Of a stretch of DNA of 33,532 nt, positions 17,017-25,369 are shown piece after piece. How positions within the stretch are numbered: position 1 is the first letter of the stretch; every line of letters begins with the position of its first letter. The notes below the pieces were generated by a model, which saw nothing but the letters and a program-made list of their open reading frames with translations, did not search any database and was not told where the DNA came from. Made by a program: the position numbers and the translations under genes. The stretch spans positions 1-33,532 of IMG/VR virus record IMGVR_UViG_3300021082_000074. The stretch is one strand, 5' to 3'. The stretch comes from a virus. Its lineage: Duplodnaviria > Caudoviricetes.

Positions 17017-17032
17017 ACGAAAGGAGCCCAAC

Positions 17033-17146
17033 GTGGGCGAAGAAGGAAAGACCAACATTCAGATCCCGTTCATGCTGATCCTTGAAGTCGTGCTCAAGGT
17101 CGTGTGGATCGTCGCTCTCGGCAAGTTCATCGGATGGTGGGGATGA
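17033..17146 (+). CDS. 37-aa single-TM membrane peptide
   Basis: RBS AAAGGAG, GTG 17033; hydrophobic IPFMLILEVVLKVVWIVALGKFIGWWG; stop overlaps the next ATG. Confidence 0.6.
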   Translation: MGEEGKTNIQIPFMLILEVVLKVVWIVALGKFIGWWG

Positions 17147-17505
17147 TCGCTGAGACACCAACATACACAGCATCCGAACTCGTCACGATCATCGTGGCTG
17201 TCTTCGGAGGACTCGTCACGCTCGTTGGCGCGCTGTTTGCTGGTTGGGCTGCGCTCAAGGCAGGACAGGCGAAGAAGGAGGTTGTAGAGACGAAGGCTGC
17301 TGTAGTCGAGACCAAGGAGCAGGTCGTTGCCGTCCATGCCATCGTGGAAGGAGTTGCTACTGCCGTGGCGACGATGAACGATCTGACGATGGGTCAGCTA
17401 GCCGATCAGAACGAGACTCGCCGGATTGTTGAGATCCCGAAGGACAAACGAACGGATGCAGAGAAAGATCATCTTGCGGTGGTACCGGAGAAGCCAACGC
17501 CATGA
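17143..17505 (+). CDS. membrane protein with N-terminal TM and coiled coil (holin-like candidate)
   Basis: TM LVTIIVAVFGGLVTLVGALFAGWAAL; VVETK repeat; ATGA overlaps at both ends. Confidence 0.7.
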   Translation: MIAETPTYTASELVTIIVAVFGGLVTLVGALFAGWAALKAGQAKKEVVETKAAVVETKEQVVAVHAIVEGVATAVATMNDLTMGQLADQNETRRIVEIPKDKRTDAEKDHLAVVPEKPTP

Positions 17506-19013
17506 GCATGGTGGCTACCCGAGCGCTCTCCAAGGCGGCTGTGTTCGAGGCTCTTGGCTACGAGCCTCATGCCGGCCAGATTGACATCCACGACTCGATG
17601 GCTCGTATGAAGGTCGTTGATGGAGGAAGGCGCTCGGGCAAGTCACAGATCGGTGGCCACGAGTTGGCGCCAGAGGCGATCTTGACCTACACGATGCAGG
17701 AAGAGTTGAAGGAACGTGGGCAACGTCGTGAGTTCTGGATCGTTGGGCCCGAGTACAGTGACTCTGAGAAGGAGTTCAGAGTTGCCTGGGACGATCTCAC
17801 GCGCCTAGAGATCCCCATGGATCGGCCAGGCTCCTACAACTCGCCTTGGTCGGGAGAGATGTCCATATCGTGCTTCGGTGGCCGGTTCCAGGTCCATGCC
17901 AAGTCGGCCAAGTACCCAGACACGCTCGTTGGCGAAGGACTCTCTGGAGTCATCCTCGCTGAAGCGGCAAAGCTCAAGGAACGAGTCTGGACCAAGTACC
18001 TCCGGCCAACGCTTGCTGACTTCCGTGGATGGGCGCTGATGTCGTCCACTCCCGAAGGCAAGAACTGGTACTATGATGCTTGGCGTCGTGGGCAAGATCC
18101 GAACGACTTGAACTGGGCATCGTGGCGCATGCCGTCGTGGATCAATGACCATGTATATCCGAAGGGAGCGACCGAAGAGGGACTGGCGATGCTTCGAGAG
18201 GCGATCGCAGATCCGCTTCGAGGACTCACGCCGGCAATCGCTGCTCGCTCGGGAGTCGATGAGGAGATCATCGACTTGATGAAGGATATGACTGACGAGA
18301 GGTTCGCTCAGGAGATCGAAGCGAAGTTCACCGAGTTCGTTGGCCACGTCTTCAAAGGCTGGGACGAAGAGATTCACGTCAAGGATCTCAAGTACAACCC
18401 TGACTGGCCGATCTTCCTGGCAACCGACTACGGCTACACCAACCCATTCGTCGCGTTGCTGATTCAGGTCGATGTGTTCGACAACGTGTACGTGATCGCT
18501 GAGTATCGGCGCGTTGGCCGGGATATCTCCGAGATCGCCCTAGACCTTCAGACCGAACTCGGAGGACTCTTCAAGATCCCCAATCTGCTGTACCCTGATC
18601 CGGCGAGCCCAGGCGATAGCGCCGTGCTGGAGAAGGCGCTGGGCGTCAAGACGGCATTCAAGCTCGATGGGACGAAGGAGACCACAGGAGGCGAACTCAA
18701 GTGGAGGCTCGATCTCATCCGGCAAGCGCTCAAGCTCAAGCCGGACCACGGACCATACGAGATGCGCAAGCCGAAGCTCTTGGTTGACCGGCACAGGTGC
18801 CAAGGACTCATCTACGAGATGGGCGAGTATCGCTATCCCGACACTCGGAAGGAGACTGCCAATGCCACAGACCTATCCGAGAAGGAAGCGCCGTTGAAGA
18901 AGGACGATCACGCACCAGAGGCGCTCGGGCGATTCTTCCGTGGTTACTTCGGTGGTCCTGCCGATCGAGCGACCAACGGACGTGCGGTTGTGCGGAAGGC
19001 GAACGTGCGATGA
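17502..19013 (+). CDS. terL: terminase large subunit
   Basis: YEPHAGQ, Walker A GGRRSGKS, GEGLSGVILAEAA, STPEGKNW, nuclease motifs ATDYG, PDP and DDHAPEALG. Confidence 0.95.
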   Translation: MSMVATRALSKAAVFEALGYEPHAGQIDIHDSMARMKVVDGGRRSGKSQIGGHELAPEAILTYTMQEELKERGQRREFWIVGPEYSDSEKEFRVAWDDLTRLEIPMDRPGSYNSPWSGEMSISCFGGRFQVHAKSAKYPDTLVGEGLSGVILAEAAKLKERVWTKYLRPTLADFRGWALMSSTPEGKNWYYDAWRRGQDPNDLNWASWRMPSWINDHVYPKGATEEGLAMLREAIADPLRGLTPAIAARSGVDEEIIDLMKDMTDERFAQEIEAKFTEFVGHVFKGWDEEIHVKDLKYNPDWPIFLATDYGYTNPFVALLIQVDVFDNVYVIAEYRRVGRDISEIALDLQTELGGLFKIPNLLYPDPASPGDSAVLEKALGVKTAFKLDGTKETTGGELKWRLDLIRQALKLKPDHGPYEMRKPKLLVDRHRCQGLIYEMGEYRYPDTRKETANATDLSEKEAPLKKDDHAPEALGRFFRGYFGGPADRATNGRAVVRKANVR

Positions 19014-19438
19014 AGATCAAAGTCAAGGTGACTCCTGGGATCCCTCCGCTGATGAACGGCGACAAGGTCTACACCGAACCTCTGTGCCTGTACCATTGGT
19101 CGCCAACGTCTCGCCGGAAGGCGATCGAGCGCAGTGGACTCGTGCCTGGATCGTGGAGTATCGACAGGGACTGGAAGCCTCCGCATATCTGCTACAGCGC
19201 CAATCCTCATCTCGCATTCGATCTCTCAGTGCGCATCCATCCCGAGATTGAGTCGTGGGATCTGTGGATGGTGTTCGCAGAGGATGCCAAGAGCTTCGAA
19301 GCGATACTGGAGTTGTACACCTTCAGCGATAAGCACTACATCAAGGAGTACCGTGTGTACAGCCGGATCTACAAGCGCCACGTCCACTACATCGGTACTC
19401 GAACGGCGATAGCGCTTCCGAGCGCTCCGCAGGCGTAG
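19010..19438 (+). CDS. putative ADP-ribosyltransferase-fold protein (Tpt1/KptA/DarT-like pattern)
   Basis: LYHWSP.....AIERSGL.PG...ICYS....A...KEYRV resembles the ART H / S / E strand motifs; ATGA overlap with TerL. Confidence 0.55.
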   Translation: MKIKVKVTPGIPPLMNGDKVYTEPLCLYHWSPTSRRKAIERSGLVPGSWSIDRDWKPPHICYSANPHLAFDLSVRIHPEIESWDLWMVFAEDAKSFEAILELYTFSDKHYIKEYRVYSRIYKRHVHYIGTRTAIALPSAPQA

Positions 19439-19465
19439 TATCCCGCTCGAACGAGAGGAGACGGC

Positions 19466-19798
19466 ATGATAGATGAACTGGTACCCGAGCTTGATGCCTC
19501 AGCACAGCGCTTCAACATACGCATGTTCGAGGGAGACGCCATCAACTTCGAGTGGGTCGTGCCCGACACAGCGACATGGGCTGGAACGTATGAGTTCAAA
19601 GTCCTCGCTGGCGGAGTAGTCCTCACGCTCAACGTCTCTGTGACTGCGCAGGGACTCGATGCCAAGTTCTCTGTTGTTGACTCGCCGCAGCCGGAGCTTC
19701 TCGCTACAACGTCCGGCTATCCCTGGGACGTTCATGACATCGGCTCGGACGTGACGCGCTTCGCTGGGCTCCTCCTCGTTGACGAGCAAGTCGCATGA
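19466..19798 (+). CDS. putative virion structural protein (beta-rich adaptor-like)
   Basis: RBS GAGGAG; FNIRMFEGD...YPWDV...RFAGLLLV pattern like BppU-N-type small beta-sandwich proteins. Confidence 0.6.
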   Translation: MIDELVPELDASAQRFNIRMFEGDAINFEWVVPDTATWAGTYEFKVLAGGVVLTLNVSVTAQGLDAKFSVVDSPQPELLATTSGYPWDVHDIGSDVTRFAGLLLVDEQVA

Positions 19799-20232
19799 CG
19801 CTCACCATTCACAACAACAAGCCGGCAGTGGTCGTCATTGAGAGGCGCTCGCCTCTGATCCTTCGTCCTCAGTACGCTCCCGGTGTGCTTGGGTCGATGC
19901 TTCTGGCGCACTCCTTCCCAGGCGTGTTGACTGTCGGCCTAGGAGTCCAGCCGTTCCCGTTCCCGAGATCCATGACCATCCTCCGAGTCCTGCCGGCTTG
20001 TGATCCGGTGCTGGTGCCGCTCGGTTCTTCGATCATCTTCGACATACGTCTCAATGGCGTGTCGATCTTCGGCGCTACCAAGCCGGAGATCCTCGCCGGA
20101 GAACACCTGGGTGCTCCGGTTGTGCCGGACAACACAGCAATACCGGCCAACTCGATCGCCTATGACGACATACTCGCCGTTGGATCGAGCTATGCTGGCG
20201 CCAACGCCACTCTCACTCTCGAAGTGGTCTAA
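19795..20232 (+). CDS. putative virion structural protein (beta-sandwich)
   Basis: ATGA overlap; IIFDIRLNGVSIF...DILAVGSSYAGANATLTL pattern seen in fibre/decoration domains. Confidence 0.6.
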   Translation: MTLTIHNNKPAVVVIERRSPLILRPQYAPGVLGSMLLAHSFPGVLTVGLGVQPFPFPRSMTILRVLPACDPVLVPLGSSIIFDIRLNGVSIFGATKPEILAGEHLGAPVVPDNTAIPANSIAYDDILAVGSSYAGANATLTLEVV

Positions 20233-20248
20233 CAAGAAGGAGTCCCAC

Positions 20249-20833
20249 ATGAAAGATTCAGCAGGTATCACAGATCAAGCCGTTGCCCTGCTCGAACGGA
20301 GACGCGCTCCGATCGACTTCTGCGGCATTCGAGGTCACGGCATTGCTGTCCTTCGCTCTCCCTCTCGGCTCGTTCCCGGCAAGCTCCTGATCGCTCAGGT
20401 TGTTGAGTTCGAGAATCTCGTGACGGAGATCGGTGACCAGTACTACGGCGAGCGAGCCTCTGGAATCGCCTCTCCTCCGAACCAGGTCAGTGGCATGCGA
20501 CTCGGAACAGGCGCCACAGCAGTCGCCAAGACGGGAGCCGGTGCCGCCATCGTCACCTACACCACGGCCAGCCATGTGGCGATCTCCGGTGGCTTCCCGA
20601 CTTCCTCGAAGCCTTCAACCGCTCGCCGCATCCAGTGGCAGTCGCTGTGGGGTGCCGGCGTGGCTACGGCTTCCGGACTCGCTGAGGTCGTCATCACAAA
20701 CGAGACTCCGCTGACGAACGTGGCCGGCACTGCCGCCAACACGATCTCCCGAGCGCTTCTCTCGCCAACCGTCAACAAGGGTGCGGCTGATACGCTGACC
20801 GTCACCTGGAACCACGATCTGCTGGGAGCCTGA
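20249..20833 (+). CDS. putative fibre/filament subunit (virion structural)
   Basis: RBS AAGGAG, ATG 20249; ENLVTEIG...MRLGTG...LAEV...SRALLSPTVNKGAADTLTVTW; Ala/Gly/Thr rich. Confidence 0.65.
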   Translation: MKDSAGITDQAVALLERRRAPIDFCGIRGHGIAVLRSPSRLVPGKLLIAQVVEFENLVTEIGDQYYGERASGIASPPNQVSGMRLGTGATAVAKTGAGAAIVTYTTASHVAISGGFPTSSKPSTARRIQWQSLWGAGVATASGLAEVVITNETPLTNVAGTAANTISRALLSPTVNKGAADTLTVTWNHDLLGA

Positions 20834-20834
20834 C

Positions 20835-21053
20835 ATGACCGACTTCCCAGAGCACAACCCAGACTTCCCAGACGTAGATCCGGCGACGGGAGACGAGCGC
20901 GAGACCACAGAGGTCAAGGGACCAGATTCAACCGTGTGGGGAGACGACTCCACGCGCCCAGCAGCCAAGCCGGAGTCCGGCGACGAGATCGTCATTGGCG
21001 ATGACGGCGAGCCGGTAGAGGTCAAGGGACCAGATCCTGCTGTCTGGGGCTGA
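20835..21053 (+). CDS. 72-aa acidic protein with duplicated EVKGPDxxVWG motif
   Basis: RBS GGGAG; exact 19-bp repeat AGAGGTCAAGGGACCAGAT at 20909-20927 and 21017-21035. Confidence 0.65.
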   Translation: MTDFPEHNPDFPDVDPATGDERETTEVKGPDSTVWGDDSTRPAAKPESGDEIVIGDDGEPVEVKGPDPAVWG

Positions 21054-21056
21054 CCC

Positions 21057-21665
21057 ATGGCCGACAACTCAACCCTTCCTGCTACTGGGGATGTCGTTGC
21101 TGCGGACGAGATCTCTGCCGTCAAGTACCAACGCATCAAGCTCATCCATGGCGTCGATGGAGTCAACGATGGCGACGTGTCGCTCACCAATCCGTTGCCT
21201 GTCGAGGCTGGGCGAGACTTACAGCGCATCGCCGTTACGTCTGCTGGCCTGACGATCGCTACAACGGCATACACGGCCGGTGACCAACTCGGTACTCAGC
21301 TCACGTTCGCCAACGCAGCGAGAGCCTCTGGTGGAAGTGGCGTGGTAGTTGGACTGACCATCGTTGACGTCAACGACATTATTGGCCCAGTCGATCTCGT
21401 GCTGTTCGATTCCTCCGTCACGCTTGCGGCCGACAACGCAGCCTTCGCCGTGTCGGATGCCGACGCGCTGAAGGTTGTCCAACTTATCCCTACTGCCGTG
21501 TTCGACATCGGCAGCAACCGAGTCTCGCAGATCATGGGCTTGGCGATCCCGTATGTCTGTAACGGTGGGACTTCGCTGTTTGGCGGACTGCTGACGAGAA
21601 CTGGCCATACGTTCTTCGCTGCCACTACCGACTTGACTGTGGTTCTCTATGTTGAACGGAACTAG
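21057..21665 (+). CDS. putative virion structural protein
   Basis: YQRIKL..G.DG....VS..NPLPV N-terminus and TAYTAGD; beta-rich. Confidence 0.65.
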   Translation: MADNSTLPATGDVVAADEISAVKYQRIKLIHGVDGVNDGDVSLTNPLPVEAGRDLQRIAVTSAGLTIATTAYTAGDQLGTQLTFANAARASGGSGVVVGLTIVDVNDIIGPVDLVLFDSSVTLAADNAAFAVSDADALKVVQLIPTAVFDIGSNRVSQIMGLAIPYVCNGGTSLFGGLLTRTGHTFFAATTDLTVVLYVERN

Positions 21666-21667
21666 TC

Positions 21668-22498
21668 GTGAGCTACACATTCGGTGCAGCCACGACGGAC
21701 AAGATAGCCGGCAGCACAGCGTTTGGATTCGGAGCCAATAGCTCTGCCTTCCTGATAGCTGGATGGTGGTACCCAACAACTCTTACATCTGGGCGAGGCT
21801 ACTTTGGGATGGCTGGCGGCAACACCTTCATCGGTGTCGGCACTACTACTTCAGAGATCCGCCTTCTCAACGATCGAACCGTTGACTCAGTACGGCAAAC
21901 TTCCGGTGCCGGAATCGTCATCAATCAGTGGCACTTCATAGCCGTTGTCGCCTCGCTCTCTTCCGGTGGGACTCCGGCTTACAGAGTTTGGGTTGGCCTC
22001 AATGGCGCTTCTCCGGTTGAGGTAACTGTTTCATCCGTGACAGCCGGTTCGGGAAGCGGAGTCAATAGCGCAGGAAAGACCATCGGCAATACGGGCACTG
22101 CCGGCTCTGCTTCTTGGCAAGGGAGGATCGGTCAAGTCACATGGATGCAGAAAGCAACAGCCCAGCCTCTGACGCTGTTCCCGTTCGCTACGGCAGGGAC
22201 GATCACGCAGCCAGAGGCTGACCGTATCTTCTCCACAATCGTTCTTCCCTTGTATCGCGGGCAAGTTCCAACTCACCTGATCACGCCAAGCGCATACGCA
22301 ACGTCATCGGTGATCATCGTCGTTGAAGATCTAGAGGCGCTGTCCGTTATTGAGACCATCCGCTCCCAAGTCGCAACCTTCCTAACAGAAGGCCATCCCC
22401 TGACGGTTACGGGAGCGAGCGCCGGAGCGGATCGTCAGCCTGGACAGATGATCGGACCTGACTGGGCCATTCGAGCAGCGCCGTTCTGTAGAAGGTGA
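21668..22498 (+). CDS. LamG/concanavalin-A-like lectin domain protein (candidate adhesin)
   Basis: FLIAGWWYP, INQWHFIAVV, RVWVG, KTIGN...WQGRIGQV LamG-like pattern; lower GC than its neighbours. Confidence 0.7.
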   Translation: MSYTFGAATTDKIAGSTAFGFGANSSAFLIAGWWYPTTLTSGRGYFGMAGGNTFIGVGTTTSEIRLLNDRTVDSVRQTSGAGIVINQWHFIAVVASLSSGGTPAYRVWVGLNGASPVEVTVSSVTAGSGSGVNSAGKTIGNTGTAGSASWQGRIGQVTWMQKATAQPLTLFPFATAGTITQPEADRIFSTIVLPLYRGQVPTHLITPSAYATSSVIIVVEDLEALSVIETIRSQVATFLTEGHPLTVTGASAGADRQPGQMIGPDWAIRAAPFCRR

Positions 22499-22501
22499 CG
22501 C

Positions 22502-23797
22502 ATGACACTGCTACTGCTTCTCAATCAGCCAGGTGGCGGAGGCGCTACCGACTACACACGCACAGCTACCGATCCCATCGGGCTGACGGACTCGATAACG
22601 AGAGCGAGCGTGGCAAGCCAGACAGCTACCGATCCCGTTGGGATTCTTGATAGTCATACGAGAGCCTCTGTCGCTTCGAGGACGGCAACCGATCCGCTCG
22701 GAGCGCTGGACTCGATCTCGCCGGTGGAAGCCTTCTCGGTTACTTCCACTGATGCCGTTGGGCTTCTCGACAGCGCTTCGAGAACCTCGGTAGCTTCGCA
22801 GTCCTTCATCGATGCGATCGGAGCGACAGACTCGATAGCGCGAGATCTCGTCCGGCCAACCACTGACAACCTTGGACTTCTCGATCCGATCTCGTACGAG
22901 TCTGGGACTCAGCAGATCTTCTCCGATCCGATCGGCACAACCGACTCGATCACCCGAGCTTCGTTGGGATCTCAGAGCTTCACCGATCCTCTCGGAGCGC
23001 TCGACAGTGCCTCTGCTGTCGCTGCCGGCGCTCGAAGCGCGACCGATCCGATAGGAGCCGTTGACTCGATCTCTCAGGCTGCCACCTTCTCGCCTTCATC
23101 TACGGATGTGGTCGGCCTACTCGATACGGCGATACAGACGGTTGGCTTCACGTCCTCCGTTACCGATCCTCTCGGGATCTCCGATAGCCGTGTCCAAGAG
23201 ACAGGCACGCAGCAGATCCTCTCGGACTCGCTCGGGATCTCGGACGCTGCCGGCCAAAGTTCTGCCGGCGCTCGATCCCCTACTGACTCGCTTGGAGCGC
23301 TCGACAGCCTCTCCAAAGTCAGCGCCGCATCACAGATCCTCTCCGATCCGATTGGCTTGCTCGATCCGTTCACTTCGGCAAGCGCCTCCTCTCGATCGCT
23401 GAGCGATCCTCTCGGACTGCTCGATGACATCTCCTTCGTCAACGGCACGGCCATGGTCATCATCGATGTGCTTGGGCTCAGCGACTCGTCTGCCGGCCAA
23501 AGTCAGTTCGCTCGAACGGCGATCGACTCGCTGGGCTTGCTCGATCCGATCTCGGCAGTGGCGAGCTTCGTTGTGGCGCTTGCCGATGCGCTTGGGATAT
23601 CCGACAACGCTGGGCAAGTCCTGTCGCTCGTTCGATCGCTTACAGACTCGGTGGCGATGCTCGATGACTCGTCCGGCTCGCTCGGATTCACTACGATCAT
23701 CGCAGACCTACTCGGTATCACGGACGAAGCAGCAGCAGCCTTCCTTGGGCAGACGCAGATCGGTGCCTACTGGGGAACGAGAATGACCAGTGCCTAA
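22502..23797 (+). CDS. 20 x ~20-aa repeat protein ([TSIA]-D-x-phi-G-x-x-D)
   Basis: Twenty units counted from TDPIGLTDS to ADLLGITDE, period 20 aa with one 18-aa unit; N-terminus MTLLLLLNQPGGGG. Confidence 0.85.
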   Translation: MTLLLLLNQPGGGGATDYTRTATDPIGLTDSITRASVASQTATDPVGILDSHTRASVASRTATDPLGALDSISPVEAFSVTSTDAVGLLDSASRTSVASQSFIDAIGATDSIARDLVRPTTDNLGLLDPISYESGTQQIFSDPIGTTDSITRASLGSQSFTDPLGALDSASAVAAGARSATDPIGAVDSISQAATFSPSSTDVVGLLDTAIQTVGFTSSVTDPLGISDSRVQETGTQQILSDSLGISDAAGQSSAGARSPTDSLGALDSLSKVSAASQILSDPIGLLDPFTSASASSRSLSDPLGLLDDISFVNGTAMVIIDVLGLSDSSAGQSQFARTAIDSLGLLDPISAVASFVVALADALGISDNAGQVLSLVRSLTDSVAMLDDSSGSLGFTTIIADLLGITDEAAAAFLGQTQIGAYWGTRMTSA

Positions 23798-23821
23798 GAA
23801 CACAAGAGAGAAGGAAGAGAT

Positions 23822-25369
23822 ATGGCGAACACAACGCTAACTCAGTGGAGCACAACGGTTCCCTTTGCCGGCGCTCCTCTGCCATGGGTCCCTCCGCTCG
23901 ATGCGGAGCGCATCAACTCGTACCTCGTGTATGAGTCGGTGTACTGGAACGTTCCAGAAGCCTTCAAGATCATCCAGCGAGGAACGGACGCCAAGCCGAT
24001 CTACATTCCGGCAGCCAAGCAAGTCATCGAGACGATGCACAGGTATCTCGCGCCTGGACTCTCGATCGCCTGTGATCCGCTTCTCGGCACGCCGGAGCAG
24101 CAAGCAGCCTCGCTCGCTTACTTCGCGCCGTTCGCTCGCCGTGAACGGTTCTTCTCCAAGTTCTCTTCCAACAAGCGATATGGACTCATCCGTGGCGACT
24201 GGATGTTCCATATCACCGGCGATGAACTTCTGGAGGAAGGCTCCCGAGTCTCGATCGAGGCGATTGACCCTGCTGAATACTTTCCCATCTATGGCGAGGA
24301 CCAGATCACGATCATCGGTGTCCATCTCGTCGCGCTGATGGTCGATGAGGAAGACAACGAGGTCATGTATCGGCAGACCTATCGGAAGGTCACTGGCCTA
24401 GGAGGACCATCGCCCATCACCGTTGAAGAAGCCTTCTTTGAGGTTGATGAGTGGGGTGGCCCTGGGATGGACGAGAAGCAGATCAGCGTGGTGCGTCCAC
24501 CGACTCTCCTTCCAGACGACATCACTCACATCCCCATCTATCACATCGCCAACCTAGAGGAGCCGGGCAGCAGCTACGGATCGAGCGAGCTTCGAGGCAT
24601 AGAGCGAATCTTCAGCGCCATCAATCAGTCGATCTCGGACGAAGAGCTTGAGCTTGTCCTCAACGGACTTGGTGTGTACGTGACTGATGCCGGATCTCCG
24701 ATCGATGAAGACACCGGCGAACCGATCCCTTGGAACTTGGGACCAGCGAAGGTCGTGGAGCTACCGGACGGCAAGACCTTCATTCGAGTCTCGGGCACGA
24801 CCACTGTTGCTCCTCACCAAGACCATCTCAAGTACCTTCACGGACAACTCGATGCTTCTACGGGAATGAACGACGTCACTGCCGGCAGAGCAGACGTCAC
24901 GACGGCTGAGAGCGGAATCGCTCTGCTGATCCGGCTCGCTCCTCTCTTCGCTCGTGCGGACGAGAAGGAACTCATCATCACCGACGTGATGACGCAGATG
25001 TTGTGGGATCTCAAGTCCTTCTTCGCCGCATACGAGGGACAGAACTTCGATGCGATCGCTTGGGTGCCGAAGTACGGCGATCGACTACCCATCAACCGTG
25101 ACAAGAGGTTCGATCAACTCATCCAGATTGCGGCGCTCGATCCTCCGATCGTCTCCGGCGCTTGGCTTCGCTCCGAGCTTCGCAAGATCGGCTTCGAGAT
25201 CTCGGAGGATGACGCCACAATGCTCGCTGCGATCCTTGCCGAGCGCGAGGCTCTCGGGAAGGCTGCTGCGGCCAGCGATCCCTTCGCCGTTCGAGCCGGC
25301 ACCGAGCTAGGAGCCGGTGACGTAGCCGGCAACGGAGTACCGGCGCTGAATGGCGCGAGCGGTGCCTGA
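23822..25369 (+). CDS. portal protein
   Basis: 515 aa; IRGD, IPIYHIAN...YGSSELR and ESGIAL SPP1-type portal motifs; upstream of MuF, scaffold and capsid. Confidence 0.9.
   Translation: MANTTLTQWSTTVPFAGAPLPWVPPLDAERINSYLVYESVYWNVPEAFKIIQRGTDAKPIYIPAAKQVIETMHRYLAPGLSIACDPLLGTPEQQAASLAYFAPFARRERFFSKFSSNKRYGLIRGDWMFHITGDELLEEGSRVSIEAIDPAEYFPIYGEDQITIIGVHLVALMVDEEDNEVMYRQTYRKVTGLGGPSPITVEEAFFEVDEWGGPGMDEKQISVVRPPTLLPDDITHIPIYHIANLEEPGSSYGSSELRGIERIFSAINQSISDEELELVLNGLGVYVTDAGSPIDEDTGEPIPWNLGPAKVVELPDGKTFIRVSGTTTVAPHQDHLKYLHGQLDASTGMNDVTAGRADVTTAESGIALLIRLAPLFARADEKELIITDVMTQMLWDLKSFFAAYEGQNFDAIAWVPKYGDRLPINRDKRFDQLIQIAALDPPIVSGAWLRSELRKIGFEISEDDATMLAAILAEREALGKAAAASDPFAVRAGTELGAGDVAGNGVPALNGASGA

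Noticed and set aside
2799-19013. Inteins or introns in dnaE, thyX or terL
   Set aside because: Lengths and motif spacing are continuous, with no C/S...HN splice motifs or frame breaks seen. The HNH gene is free-standing.
22550-23730. 60-bp periodic repeats considered as a CRISPR array or DGR
   Set aside because: Repeats are conserved at protein level with degenerate DNA, inside one ORF. There is no identical repeat-spacer pattern and no cas or reverse transcriptase gene.
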